Assembly (NCBI GenBank): GCA_964199315.1
Contig: OZ116709.1
Coordinates: 19,034,001 to 19,098,000, forward strand
Source: Orbicella franksi
Lineage: Eukaryota
Reading direction: 5' to 3'
DNA: 64,000 bases
In this document: positions 1 through 12,302 of the stretch, in pieces
Layout: each line of letters opens with the position of its first letter
Position numbering within the stretch: the stretch's first letter is position 1
The notes under the pieces: model-generated
Seen by the model: only the letters and a program-made list of their open reading frames with translations
Database searches by the model: none
What the model was told of the DNA's origin: nothing
Translations under genes and position numbers: made by a program

Positions 1-239
1 TCTTCGGAAAGTTCTGGAAAGTCTGCTCCCCAGTCTACTTACACCCTTCCACCTGGTTTTCCTCCTCTTCAAGAACTCCCTCCTTCCCTGTTGCCACCAC
101 CGCCCAGTGGGTACCCAGAACTACCAAGAGTTGATTGGGGTTAATGGTACAGGCAAGGACAAGGTGAAACTATATTTGTTCTCACTACCATCCAGGAGAT
201 AATTATTGTCATTACGTCCTAAATTATGGTCTTACAAGT

Positions 240-2436
240 GTTTGTCTCAAAGCATAGTTGTGTTGTGTACAATCCAGCAGATAAATTGAAGGCAGGGAAA
301 CAACCCCCCCCCCCCCCCCACCAAAAAAAATCCATGGAAGGCACAAGAAAACAACAGAAAATGTCATGTTGAGGATGAGTGGCACAGCAGTGGTAGAACG
401 TTTGTTTTCCTTTCCAAGCTGCCTGTAAACTACAAGCCCAAGTTTTTATGGGAAGGTCAGAATTATGTTATGTATGGCACTACCACTAGCCATGGTGCGG
501 AGATGTTCAGTCTATTAAACCACGAGGTCTGAGTGGTTGATCCAACCTGACGTTTGTGTCTTGAACATATATGTACAGTCAACTTGGCAGTGAAACAGAA
601 AATGCATTGGGTTAAACTTAGGATTTTATTTAAATCTCACATAAACTGTACACACCAGTTGGAAAACAGTTAACTGAAAGTCAATGGACAATGTGCTATT
701 AATATTACATGTACATATGTAGCTAAGGCTTCCTAGGGATTTGGGTAACAAGGGAACAAAGGATATTTGTTTAGATTAATTTGAGAAGACAAGGGATTTC
801 TCTGCTATTAATAGGAACTTGACCAACTTTTGAACAACAGATTCATTAATAGGGAATAAAATTAGGAGAAAAAGTGAGGTATTTGATTGACCAGTGGAAC
901 ATGTACATTTCCCCTTTCCCTTCGTCCAGGAGGTCTCAGGCTCAGTACAAATTTTGCAGTACATTGTACATCAAGAATTGGAATAAAAATGTCTAAAATC
1001 TGATTCACAACTTTGCTGGTGCGTATGTTAAGATATATATCTGAGCGATTTTGCAAAAACGTGCCTGATAGGTTTTTGCCTGGATTTGGGGTTAGCGACT
1101 CTAAACCTTGGGGGGGGGGGGGGGGGGGGGCTTCGTCAAGGCTGGGCCCGGTACATGGCCCAGCCAATGGCCTATCTGCTGGTGGCTTGCTGGCAGGCAG
1201 CTGTCAAAAGCAGGGGGGAGGGGAGGGTGTCTTGTATTGACACCTCCGCTTAGTTAGACTTAGCAATTTGAGTGCCAAATAACCTTGTTATTGATTGTGT
1301 TGCTTAGTAGTTTGCTCAGTTGCCAAGCCTTGTTTGAATGTTCTTTGTTAACCTGGCACCCTGCTGGAGAGGTCCATGTCACGTGCATGCATGGGGGGGC
1401 CAATCGTCTAGCCAGGGTGGTGTTCAGATCACTTTTGGGACTGTCTTCAAGTCAACTGCGGGGATGTTTTTGCGAATACAGTCAAATATAGAGAGAAGTA
1501 AAACGCTCTCCTTCCTTAACCCAGTCTCTGACTATCTAAACCCAAGTCCCAAGTTAAATTTTCAGTCATGAGTGATTTCCATAACTCAAGTTAATCGACT
1601 GAGTACCATTTTCTAACCTCTATTTACCCATCACAACTATAAATAACTATAACGAAAGTGTTTATATGCTGATTATAACCTTGCCAATCAAATCAAAAAA
1701 TGCCAAGCAATAACGATATGAAAGGAGAGCTTTCCATTTGACCAAACAATTCAGAAGGTTTAGTACTGAATTAAAAGGTTAGCTAATTCCTTCCAGAAAA
1801 ACTAAAATCTGTTGAATGCACAAATGTGAATCATTCAACCAAACTTTTTGGCAATTCCAAGAGCAAAATGGAATGGAAATTTTAAGGTGGAATTTTTGAA
1901 AACAAAAATAATTAAGCTAGCCGTATTGCAGCATGAGTGCAGAATCACCACCAGCGGTGGCTTATAAAGACAATAAACTTCTGCCGTTTGTCACTCTAAT
2001 CAGAAAGAGAACAGTCAAGGTGAAAAAAAAAGAAAAAAAGTCAAATTCCAGATTCCTTTTTCCGCTCCCCGATTTAATTTTTCCGCATTCAATTTGGCAC
2101 ACTAGTTCCCAGATCTCAGTTGTTCCAAACAAAAAAGCGCGGTTACTTCGAATTGTATTTGAATCAATTTTTAACAAAACGTGCAACTTTCATGTCTTCT
2201 GCCGGGCTTTTTGGTCCAGAATGGAAACAACTGACAGTGTCTCTTTACCAGTCGAGAGAGGAGTCCCTAAAACGTAAGAAAATACGAGTTTACTGTAGCT
2301 ATATGGGCTTAAACTTTTTGTTGATGGTCTTGATGTGTTTGGTGTAAATTATTTGTTTCAACTCGTACGCGGCCAGTGCACAAAAAAATACCAAAACAAA
2401 ACATCCAACAATTTTGCACTGCTCGGAATCACTAAT
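240..2436. repeat. Non-coding 3'-flank block of the segmental duplication
   Basis: Clearly homologous to ~34200-36385 and ~46140-48545, and in inverted orientation to ~58720-60960. Confidence 0.9.
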
Positions 2437-3397
2437 GGACGCCATCTTGGACTGACCCAAATAGCCTCGGTCTGATGTGATGCCTCGCTTTGAGGTCTTG
2501 CACTATGTGCATTCTTTGCAGTTTTCCCCAAGTTGATTTATTCGAACTATTACTAGTAATAATCAAAGATTAGTAAGGTGCGTTCGATCTCTAGAAAAAG
2601 TTTTTTTTATTGTATTAATTGCGTAGAAATATCCAGGGAGAGTGGATTGTGGGCTGCTTTCAGTCGGTGTCATAAACCAGTTGCAAAGTCGAACACAACA
2701 ATAAGTGTTAATAGTTCAACATCTTAGTAATGTACTTCATACAATGGTAGTGGCCAGAACAAATAGTAGGACAAAATTGAAAAAAACGGATATATTATGA
2801 AAAGCAGCTGAATTGACACATCACAACTCGCTGTCGTAGCGGGGGCGAATTGCAGCGTCTGTTTCCCTAGAAAACACACCACTACACGGCTTTCTGATAT
2901 TCTCGTATGTAGCCTTAGCCATATTTGCCAGTGGAAATTCGAATGAATCAACAAAACTTCACTTACATTGTGGAAAACTGCGAAAAGCGAGAATCTCTCC
3001 ACTTCGAGCGGTAATTTCACTGCACGTGTAAATTCCAGCCCATGGTGGCCAAGAAAACATTGGCACACGAGATCGAAGCTATATGTGCCACATAGCCAGA
3101 CCAAAATGGCGCCCAAACGCTGAAATCGCATGGTATCACGATCGATACCCGCGGCACTGGTCCACAAAACCCGCGAGAGTGATTTCGGTAAAAACGACAC
3201 GATTAGTATTCGTTCTCCTTCGTCGAACGCAATAAACAATAAACAACAACTACATTATAGTGCACATTGGTGTGACTGCAAGTTGATTTCTGTGGGCGTG
3301 TAAATCCAACTACTATCAGGGACAAAAGAAGCTGACCCTGGCCGGAAACAAACCTTCTCTTTTCAAGTGTAATTTGTCGTACCTAAATTCCTCATAT

Positions 3398-3705
3398 GGG
3401 AAGCGCGGTGGACTCATGGTTAGTGCGCTTGTCTCCGGATCGAGCGGTTCGGGCTCGAGTCCTGGCTGGAGGCATTGTGTTTTGTTCTTAGACAAGACAT
3501 TTTACTCTCACAGTGCCTCTCTCTACCCAGGTGTACAAATGGGAACCGATGAATTTAATGCTGGGGGTAACCCTGCGATGGACTTGCATCCCATCCAGGG
3601 GGAGTAGAAATACTCCTAGTCGCTTCATGCGACAGAAACCACTCCTAGTTGCTTCATGCTACAGAAACCTAAGATAAGGGCCGGCCTGATGGGCCAAGCA
3701 GACTC
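3398..3705 (+). mobile_element. tRNA-derived SINE
   Basis: tRNA-like head with A box (TGGACTCATGG) and B box (GCTCGAGTCC). Body matches, in reverse, the copy at 45634-45838. Confidence 0.8.
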
Positions 3706-4081
3706 ATATTTCGCCCGCTCCCTTCCCCCTTTCCAATGTCATAATCACATGACAGCATCGACAAAGTCCGTTTCAACATTCACTGCAAATTAAGTTTTAT
3801 TAATACATGCAGCTCGAAACATTCTCGTAGTTTGAATCAGTAGCAATTTCAAAGGTATCAAGGACGAGGAACCTGTTGCAAGGTCGACAGGATGAAGTCG
3901 TGGACAGTATTTAATTGATGGTGGCTTTGGTTTTGCACTAAATTGGCTGAAAAAATAAGCTTTTCACGCTCGTTGTGTTTGTGGTGCGAAAATGGATATT
4001 CTAGTTCAATTAGAATCGTCTAAAAGAGCATTTTTTTTATAAAGGGGATGATATTTTTAATAATTGTATATGAATCATGAA

Positions 4082-4660
4082 TTAGTTTTCAGCACGACAG
4101 GTGGCATGGCGGTGGAATGTAATTGATACCATAGTAGACTTGCTGAGTTAGTTGCTACAAAGAAGGGACTACCATGTCATGGATCAGGGCAAGAGTGTCT
4201 TTTGCGCTGCTGATATCAGCATTACTTTGCTTAAGAGGCTCGCGAGCTTCTAGGAGAGTCCACTTAGAACTGTTGGACATTGACTTAGATATTGAAAAAG
4301 GACATGCAAATATTCGTTAAGGCATTTAACACTATTTCTGGGGAACTCTAGTCAAAGCCAGGAATACTGAGCCAACAACTGTTTGTAGTTTTTGCAGTTG
4401 ACATTATTTATGCTTAATATGATGTTTAGACTACTTATAAAGCAAGTTTTTTATTAGGCCAATTTTTATGTCACATTTTCCTGGAACCTGAGCCATTATT
4501 TTGTTTTTCATCCGTCTTATGTCATTTATGACAAAGGATTGATACAGTCTTCTTATTATCGCTTGTAACTTAATAATTTTTTCAATATTTTATTGCTTTG
4601 TAACTATTCGATGATTTGTAAATAAAATTTTATTGTTAAAAAACATTATTATTACTACGA
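4082..4660 (+). mobile_element. 3' fragment of a CRE-type non-LTR retrotransposon
   Basis: Manual translation of 4082-4320 with one stop and one frameshift gives LVFSTTGGMA..YHSRLAELVATKKG / TTMSWIRARVSFALLISALLCLRGSR, the recalled CRE C-terminal endonuclease-region motif. Followed by an AT-rich 3' end and simple-repeat tail. Confidence 0.7.
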
Positions 4661-4799
4661 TGATGATGATGATGATGATGATTTTTATTAAGAACGAGTG
4701 ATAAGTGTAAAATAGTTTTCAGACATAAGTCAAATTTGAGGCAATTTCTCTTGACCTCGTAACATTATTAGTACAGGCAACGTTAGATTTATCAAGTCA

Positions 4800-4967
4800 N
4801 NNNNNNNNNNNNNNNNNNNNNNNNNNNNNNNNNNNNNNNNNNNNNNNNNNNNNNNNNNNNNNNNNNNNNNNNNNNNNNNNNNNNNNNNNNNNNNNNNNNN
4901 NNNNNNNNNNNNNNNNNNNNNNNNNNNNNNNNNNNNNNNNNNNNNNNNNNNNNNNNNNNNNNNNNNN
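4800..4967. other. Assembly gap (168 N)
   Basis: Run of N. Confidence 1.
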
Positions 4968-5066
4968 TACTAGTACTACTGCTACTGCTACTGCTACTGC
5001 TACTGCTACTGCTACTGCTACTGCTACTGCTACTGCTACTGCTACTGCTACTACTACTACTACTAC
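4968..5066. repeat. (TACTGC)n/(TAC)n microsatellite next to the assembly gap
   Basis: Directly visible. Confidence 0.95.
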
Positions 5067-5069
5067 TAA

Positions 5070-5560
5070 TGAATTTGTTGTGCGCAAATTCCATACGTAT
5101 ATGTGCAAATGCGCATTACAATTAAAATACATAAAAAATGAACATTACACGCTAAAAGTGAAAATTACAGCTTAAAAACTAAAATTCTAAAAAACTAAGT
5201 TATAGGTTAAAAATTACAAGCGTTAAAGTACAATTTATACCTAACTAAAATCTAAAATTCTAAGAAATTACAATACTATTCGGATTTTAATGAAAACGCT
5301 TTAGAAAACAAATGTGTTTTAAGTTTGCCTTTAAAATCAGTAACAGTGTTCACAGATCTGATGGCCAAAGGAAGAACGTTCCAAAGTTTTGGGGCAGCAT
5401 ATGTAAAAGAGCGATCACCCAGTGTTGCCTTGGATAACGGCTTTGGATAACTAAGGAGGAGGCTGTCATTAGAGCTTCTTAGGTCATACCGTGAAGTTGA
5501 TCTGATACTAACATACATTTTTATTTTTGTAAACAATCAAAAGGGGAAGAGGATCATGTA
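5070..5560 (-). mobile_element. L2-type LINE 3' fragment
   Basis: RYDLRSS..LGDRSFTYAAPKLWNVLPLAIRS..FKGKLKTHLF, with the adjacent (GTAGCA)n/(GTA)n tract as tail. Confidence 0.8.
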
Positions 5561-5752
5561 AACTACGGTAACCTTTAATAACAAGATTTGCTGATTTCAT
5601 CTGGAATTACAGGGTAACAAGATACAACAAGAGACTATCATCTAGATCACAGAGTTGTTCATTGTTGCAAGAAAGGGTTCAAATTATCTTACAAAATATC
5701 ACATCAAATTTAGCCGCAACACGAGCATTTCAATAACACAAATCACAATTTT

Positions 5753-5785
<33 letters not shown>

Positions 5786-7117
5786 ATCGGTCAACAAACT
5801 TACAGCCGGTAAAAAGGAGTATATGTGTGAAAACAAAATTCCACAAAATCAACTCTTTTAATATTAATTCACAAAGAGATAAAAATACTGAAAAAAATAT
5901 TTCTAACAATAATATTATATAAAAGCTTTGGCTTGAGTTCAAATATAATATAATAATATAGTGTAATAGCATAATATCAAATCAATATTAAAGTATTTCA
6001 AGCATTACTAGCATCACTAGTAAATTGTTTAACGAGTTTTAATAATAATAAAAAACTCCAATCCTTTATAAAAAGAAAAATCAAAACAAAACTAAGCAAA
6101 TGCCCAGCAATAATTAATGACAAATTACATGGAAAGCTAAATGGCGACAAGCTAATACTAACGATGACTAAATGATTTCAGTTCAATTATCCGTCCAAGA
6201 TTTAAAAAGATATTGAAAAAAACTTGCAGCATTACTGGCACTTGCCAGTAACTTGTTTAATACATTGCAAAGTTGAACACAACAATAAGTGTTAATAGTT
6301 CAACATCTTAGTAATGTACTTCATACAATGGTAGTGGCCAGAACAAATAGTAGGACAAAATTGAAAAAAACGGATATATTATGAAAAGCAGCTGAATTGA
6401 CACATCGCAACTCGCTGTCGTAGCCAGGGCGAATTGCAGCGTCTGTTTCCTAGAAAACACACCACTACACAGCTTTCCGATATTCTCGTACGTAGCCTTA
6501 GTCATAATTGCTAGTGGAAATTCGAATAAATCAACAAAACTTCAATTACATTGTGGAAAACTGCGAAAAGCGAGAATCTTTCCACCTCGAGCGGTAATTT
6601 CACTGCACGTGTAAATTCTAGTAGCCCACGGCGGCTAAGAAAAACATTACCACATGAGATCGAGGCTATATGTGACACGTAATCAGTCCAAAATGGCGCC
6701 CAAACGCTGAACTCGCATGGCATCACGATCGATACCCGCGGCACTGGTCTACAAAACCCGCGAGAGCGATTAGCATGCGTTCTCCTTCGTGGAACGCAAC
6801 TAGCTAAATTGGCTTAAGGTACTTATCTAAACGCCAGAAAGCTGTGTAGTGCTGTATTTTCTCCGAAACTGCGTGGGTAGCACACCGATTTGTGATCTGT
6901 GTCATCTGTCAGGAGTCAGCTGCTTTTCTCGGCGATACAACTTCTCTGTGAGAATATAGTTGCAAGGCTTGACCGTAACAGCTCGAATAAATCAACACAA
7001 CGTCACTAACCTTGGGAAAGACTGTAAATATTCCAAATAGCACAACAAACGACGAAAAGGAAATGGAAGTGCACACCGCTCAAGGAATCTTACCACAGGT
7101 AAGCTTAATTGCTGTTA

Positions 7118-7266
7118 CCCTGGGTGCCAGGGGATTTTTTTTGTAGCGAAACTACTATTGTGAGCGGCGAAGCCACGATCTCGATCGCGGCTTCACCTCT
7201 CACAATCGCAGCTTCACCGCTCATAATCGCAGCTTCGCTACAAAAATAACCCTCTGGCACCCAGGG
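7118..7266. mobile_element. MITE with TA target duplication
   Basis: TIR CCCTGGGTGCCAG / CTGGCACCCAGGG flanked by TA; internal inverted GTAGCGAA / TTCGCTAC. Confidence 0.75.
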
Positions 7267-8065
7267 TAAATTAAATACGTTTACATTTCGAAATAAACTT
7301 TGTTGTACTGTTTAATATTCTATTCTATAGATATGCACGATACTTAACCTTACTAAACGATGCACCGTTTAGAATGATGTGACATTTAATGCCAGTAAAG
7401 GACACAAAAGGTAAACAATGCCACGAAAATACACAACTCGGCAAACCCTGAAAGAGAAATGACAAAAATAGGCTTAAGTATGCGCTGCTGGCAAGGGTAT
7501 GCTTTCCCAGCAGTCTACTTTGGGTATAAGAGTCAGGATTTGGTAAACAATCGAGGATCTTGATATAACTTTATTAAATATAGTATGAAATATTAAAGGA
7601 AGGCATTTCTAGTGACCAGCCTACCGTCAGATGTCCAACACTAACTGAATATCCTCTGCTATAACCCAAAAATTTCATGTTCGTTGCAACACACCCTATC
7701 GACAAATTCCAAGAGTACCTCCTTTCTCTCCCCGGATATCGAACGCACTTCGTCGCTAACCTCTGATTACTACTATAGTAATGATATTTGCCCCCGTTAT
7801 TGACTGCTGGGCATAAAAGCTACGAGTGGAACGCAGTAAGCTTTTAGACGTCTTCTGGTGTTCCCCCCGTATTCAAGTTGTTCAAGGAAAACCCTCATCA
7901 GGGGTAATCGGTTCGATGTACAGCGGTCATGAAACAAAGCGTAGTTTACTCTCGGCTATCTTCAGCTATGGTTATAGAAAACGTTTGACTGCTAGCGCGA
8001 AGAAATGTCAGAAAATATAAAACCCTTTTTTGAAACTTAAAAAAGTTCCTGGACCGCAGTCCTCA

Positions 8066-11000
8066 TCACGGGCCCAATCCCGTTTCCGGGTCCTTACCCC
8101 GGCCCTCAGTCTCCCGGTCCCCGGTGCTTACCCTTCCCCCGCCCTTCTCCCGGCCCCGGCGCTTACCCTTGACTCGTCCACCTCCACCTGGTAATACAGA
8201 GTCGTCTCTCACGAGACCAGCCAGTATCTTATTGTAGGCGTTGACTTCGTCATTCATCTTCGATATACAAGTCTGTGAGAATCGCTCTCCGAAAGATACA
8301 GAGTCGCAATGAAATTGCTCAAAAAACTGCCGGACATCTCCTATGTCTTCGGCCGGGATCTTCGTCTTTCCTTGCTTTCTGTACTCCATCCACTCTTTCG
8401 CCGCGTATTCAGGATTTGAGAAGTCTTTTCCATCGAACTCCACCAATCCGTCTGTTTCATTGGCTGGAAGGCGTCCCCTGATACGTTTCATGGCATCGAA
8501 CATTCTCCACATGTACTTGCTACTCTTCAGTAAGCACTCCTCCAGAGCGTTGCAGTGGTTGTATTCTTTGTTAACGTCGCCCCAGTTTTCAATCATGGAT
8601 ACCCAGAGGTCTTCAGTTGACAGCGATACCGATACCTTCATTTGTGTGTCTCCCACAACATGGCGTAGAGCACCACGGGTGTGATAAGCCTCTGCCGCAT
8701 AGATCAGGGCCTTGGCGAGATCATCTTGCGGGGGACAAATGCAAAATGATAGTTTAGCTTACAGATACTACCGGGACAAACTGATCATTCGTCACTGAAA
8801 TCGATGTCCGCACGTGATAAACAGTCACGTTTTAAGTATTGGGATACGCACAAAATTACCTTTAAATTGAAGGAAACCCGGCTGAAAATAGTAGTTTACT
8901 CAGAAAGAAAAACACGAAAGAGGTAATAATAAACCATAAAGGAACAAGGATGGTTAAGGATGGAGGAAGATTGACACGGATTACAAACAACGAACTTTTG
9001 TCTTCAAAAAATTTAGGCAAAACTTTTCACGATACGTAAACTATGAGGAAGCTACTTCAACTGTTTAAGAACGTCTTGGATTTTGGGTTAAAACATGAAA
9101 AAGGTTCAATCTCTTTCTCAGAGCCTGCACGTTTTCGGCAGCGGTTGCCGCTGAAGGTCGGGATTGATCTTAATGGGGTTTGAGTGTGAAATTGAAATTA
9201 AAAAAAAAAAAACAAGCTGAGTAAACAATTAACTAAATATATGTCATGATAAATTAAGTACCAAGTACATTTTCCTATAAAAGGCCGTTTAACTGCATTA
9301 CACTTTCGTTCATCACGCAAAAACTCTGTTGTCTCAACATTGTTCAATTGGCTTTTCTCATTATTTTCCACAACAAGTGGAGTCCGAGAAATTAAAGTTC
9401 TCACCCAACACTTCTTTTATGAAAGGATTCGTTACACTGTAACCCATCGACTTTCTTATAAAAACAAAAACTATAGGTATATAATTACCGAGAAAGGCTG
9501 AGCTATATCCGCCGTTTTCTGACATCTCTTTGACGTACTTCACGTACTCCTTATTATGGGCTGTTCTTAACGCTTCCTGGGGGTTCAGTTGGCCTCCAAG
9601 TTTCAGTGCTACTTTAGCATTCATTGCCTTGAAGGTGTCCAGCCAATCTTCCAGCTTACCCTTGGCTTCAGTCTCGGCATCTTTTATAGCCATCTTGGCT
9701 CCATCCTTAATCTTTTGAAAGAACTCCTCGCTGTACTTGAAAACCTTGTAGTAAGCACTGGCCAACTCCTGCATTCTATAGTATATCGTTTTTTCCTTGT
9801 TCTTCACACCACTGGAAAAGTCAGTTGGAAGGCCGGCATACAAAAATGGCATGGCGTATTCAAGTGTAAAAGCGTAGACATTGGTGTCAAATACAATGTC
9901 AGACGGTTTCCCGAATCCGTTGGAACTTTGAAAATAGTCGTTGAACTTCTCTACCAGATAACCAGCATCTTTTCCAATCAGCCCCACATCATAGTCCGAG
10001 GTACAAGTGGCACTCCCATAAGGTACAGGGTAGCACACGGAATCAGGGATCCTTGTGTCGTCGTCACCATTTCTCTCACAAGGAGCAACCTTTCCGTCGC
10101 TTTGTGTGTAAAGAACGTGTGTCACCAATAGGTATCTAGCGGCTGTGATGTAGAGGAGTTTAAGGCAGCTGTCCTCTGAGCGGAATGCGGGGCTGTTTTT
10201 TGTAGTGTCCCAGTCGCTGTGCTTTTTAAAGAAGCTCTTTACTCGATTTGCAGCGCTGACAAACTCATCGGTCCCGAGATCTTCTTTGAAATCAGGTTGC
10301 TTGGTCCACGCGTCCATTTTGTGGTCTTTTTCAAATCCGTAGCGGTCCACAATGTTATCTTTTATCCAATCAATTTCTTTGTCATCTGCGGGGTCACTTT
10401 GGTGTGACGCTAGAAATCTTAAAAAAAGAAGTAAAGGTAAAGTTCGAATTCGTTCTTTATGATTACCACGGGGGATTATTGTTATTAAACAACACGGTAA
10501 ATATAGGGTGGGGAGCTTAACTCTGATAGCCGTCACGTTGGTCAACAATGTGCAATGCCAGCGGCGGATTTAGGGGAGGGCCCCCCCCCTTATTTTGGGT
10601 AAAAAAAGAAGAAATCACAGACGGAAGGAAAGCCGGCAAGGCAAGCAAAACAAAACCGGACCCCTCCCTTAGCTCAAGGTCTGGAACCGCCACTGATTAT
10701 GCGTACACTGAGTAGATATGTGTTCTACCAGGAGGAGAACACAGCCAAGAAGAAAATTCTCGGAGAAGCAGCTTACCCTCACAGCCTAACATTCCAGTAT
10801 CATAACCATGTGTCTTAATCATGTTGGAAAGTTAGATTATAGTCAACCATGATGAAATTGCTTTTAGTTTGGAATGTTCACTCTGTATGTATTCTGACTT
10901 GTTAGGAACAAAATTTGAAACAAACCCATATTTGAGTGTTTTGTTTTACAACGCCTTGAAATGTGAAAAGATCTGAATAAAATTCATTACTATACATAGA

Positions 11001-12302
11001 ATATGATTGGAATCTCCAAGGCCTCGTATCTTTACTTGGATTCTAAGAGGGAAACCAATATGGCGGGAATAAGACGTTTTTGCAATCCAATGCTTACTAT
11101 ACTTTCAATGTGCATTAAAATTCATCTTTACTGAGAAGCCTCCAAAATTCACAAGAGTAATGAATGGAATTGAGTGGACACGCTTATTCAATTTTGTTTG
11201 TTTTGGCTATTAAGCCTCGATATTATATTATCATATAAATGTCTAAGCCTGTTGGTTTAAATAGCCCATTTCCAAATTACCTTTATCTTCTTTCTCACAG
11301 CGAGTCTTGGTGCCCATCATTTCATATGAAATTGAGTATTCATTCACATGTAAATAAAACTCATTTTCATATGAATGGTTGGGCACCAGGCCTCGTTTTG
11401 ATGGAGAGGCATAAGGCAACTCGAAAATGGGTAATTATACGATATATTTATACCGTAAGCAGCAGTCCGAGTATTATCTCGGTGAACTGATCGAAGTAAA
11501 TTAATACATACCCCTTATATTCCATAGGTTCAACGAAGTTATCTGGGGAATCCTCCACCTGGGCCACATAGTTGTAGACTGATATCGGGTACAGTTCGCC
11601 GCGAACCTGACATTAAGACCGTACATTAATATAAATACTTTAATTTAAAATCGACATTAATACTTCAATAATACTTTATAAGGAACAAACTGATTCCAAC
11701 TTTCTATACATCTTAAGGAGCTCAGTCACGGTATTTTGAGTTTTTTTGTCCATGTGCAAAAATACCTTCAAATTGAAGGAAACTAAAAATAGTAGTTTAC
11801 TAAAATAGAAAAACGCCAAAAGATAAAAATAAACCATAAAGGAACAAGGATGGTTAAGGTGGGAGAAGATTAAGATAAACCGCCAACTTGAAAAATTTAG
11901 ACTAAACCAGGACTCAACTTTTCCAGATGCGCAAACCTCGACATATCTCCTGTAGTCCACGACAACCTAGTTCTCAGGGCCCTCTCTCAACAGTTTCCAA
12001 GCTGTATAAAAACCGGAAGTGACGTTCTGTTTTTGTGCGGGTTTGCCATATCGTTTTATGCCCCTTTTATGACATACTTTTCATCACAAATTCGATGTGA
12101 TTCTTCACAGATACGATGTGTTTCATCGAAGATACATATATATTTATAGCAAATATTTTCCATCGTAGATTCAACTCATTCCATCTGATATAACACTGGT
12201 GTTCCGCTCTCGCAAGATATGAAAAAAATTTACAAAGGAAATGGGATATCTTACCACTGTTACATGGGCCAACATGAACACCAAGAAACTGGCCAAAATC
12301 AT
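8066..12302 (-). CDS. Copy 1, intact: predicted secreted nucleotidyltransferase-like protein, 576 aa, 4 coding exons
   Basis: Join 12302-12255 (MILASFLVFMLAHVTV, phase 0), 11606-11512 (VRGELYPISVYNYVAQVEDSPDNFVEPMEYK, phase 2), 10417-9489 (phase 1), 8724-8066. All introns are GT-AG and phases match; total 1731 nt = 577 codons. Motif YGSATCTSDYDV at 10020-9985. The NTase call is motif-based. Confidence 0.85.
10559..10695. mobile_element. MITE (CAGTGGCGGATC family) in intron 2 of copy 1
   Basis: TIR CAGCGGCGG / CCGCCACTG; absent from copies 2 and 3; same family at 60122-60930. Confidence 0.7.
11245..11425. mobile_element. MITE in intron 2, shared by copies 1 and 2 (~39700-39880)
   Basis: AATAGCCCATTTCC ... 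GAAAATGGGTAATT imperfect TIR; absent from copy 3. Confidence 0.55.

Larger units (their letters stand above)
2680..6797. repeat. Direct repeat pair of ~550 bp (2680-3230 and 6265-6797)
   Basis: Near-identical text; the same spurious peptides appear in ORFs 2724-3239 and 6308-6744. Confidence 0.85.

Noticed and set aside
3398-3475. tRNA-like sequences here and at 12651-12720
   Set aside because: SINE heads with degenerate arms continuing into SINE bodies; not functional tRNA genes.
4792-5132. Poly-Ser and poly-Val/Ala ORFs
   Set aside because: Translations of a microsatellite and the N gap.
9985-10020. TSDYDV resembles the TADYD motif of class II adenylyl cyclase toxins (edema factor, ExoY)
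   Set aside because: The required upstream GxxxxGKS-type motif is not visible; a Pol-beta-like reading fits better, pending structure search.
9589-10131. Plus-strand ORFs of 154-180 aa opposite exon 3 in three copies
   Set aside because: Antisense shadows of the coding strand; they vary in start and length and show no motif.
10418-10548. N-terminal extension of ORF 9361-10548 (MLTNVTAIRV...) and read-through past 9489
   Set aside because: Intron sequence: not frame-conserved between copies, and bounded by conserved AG and GT sites.
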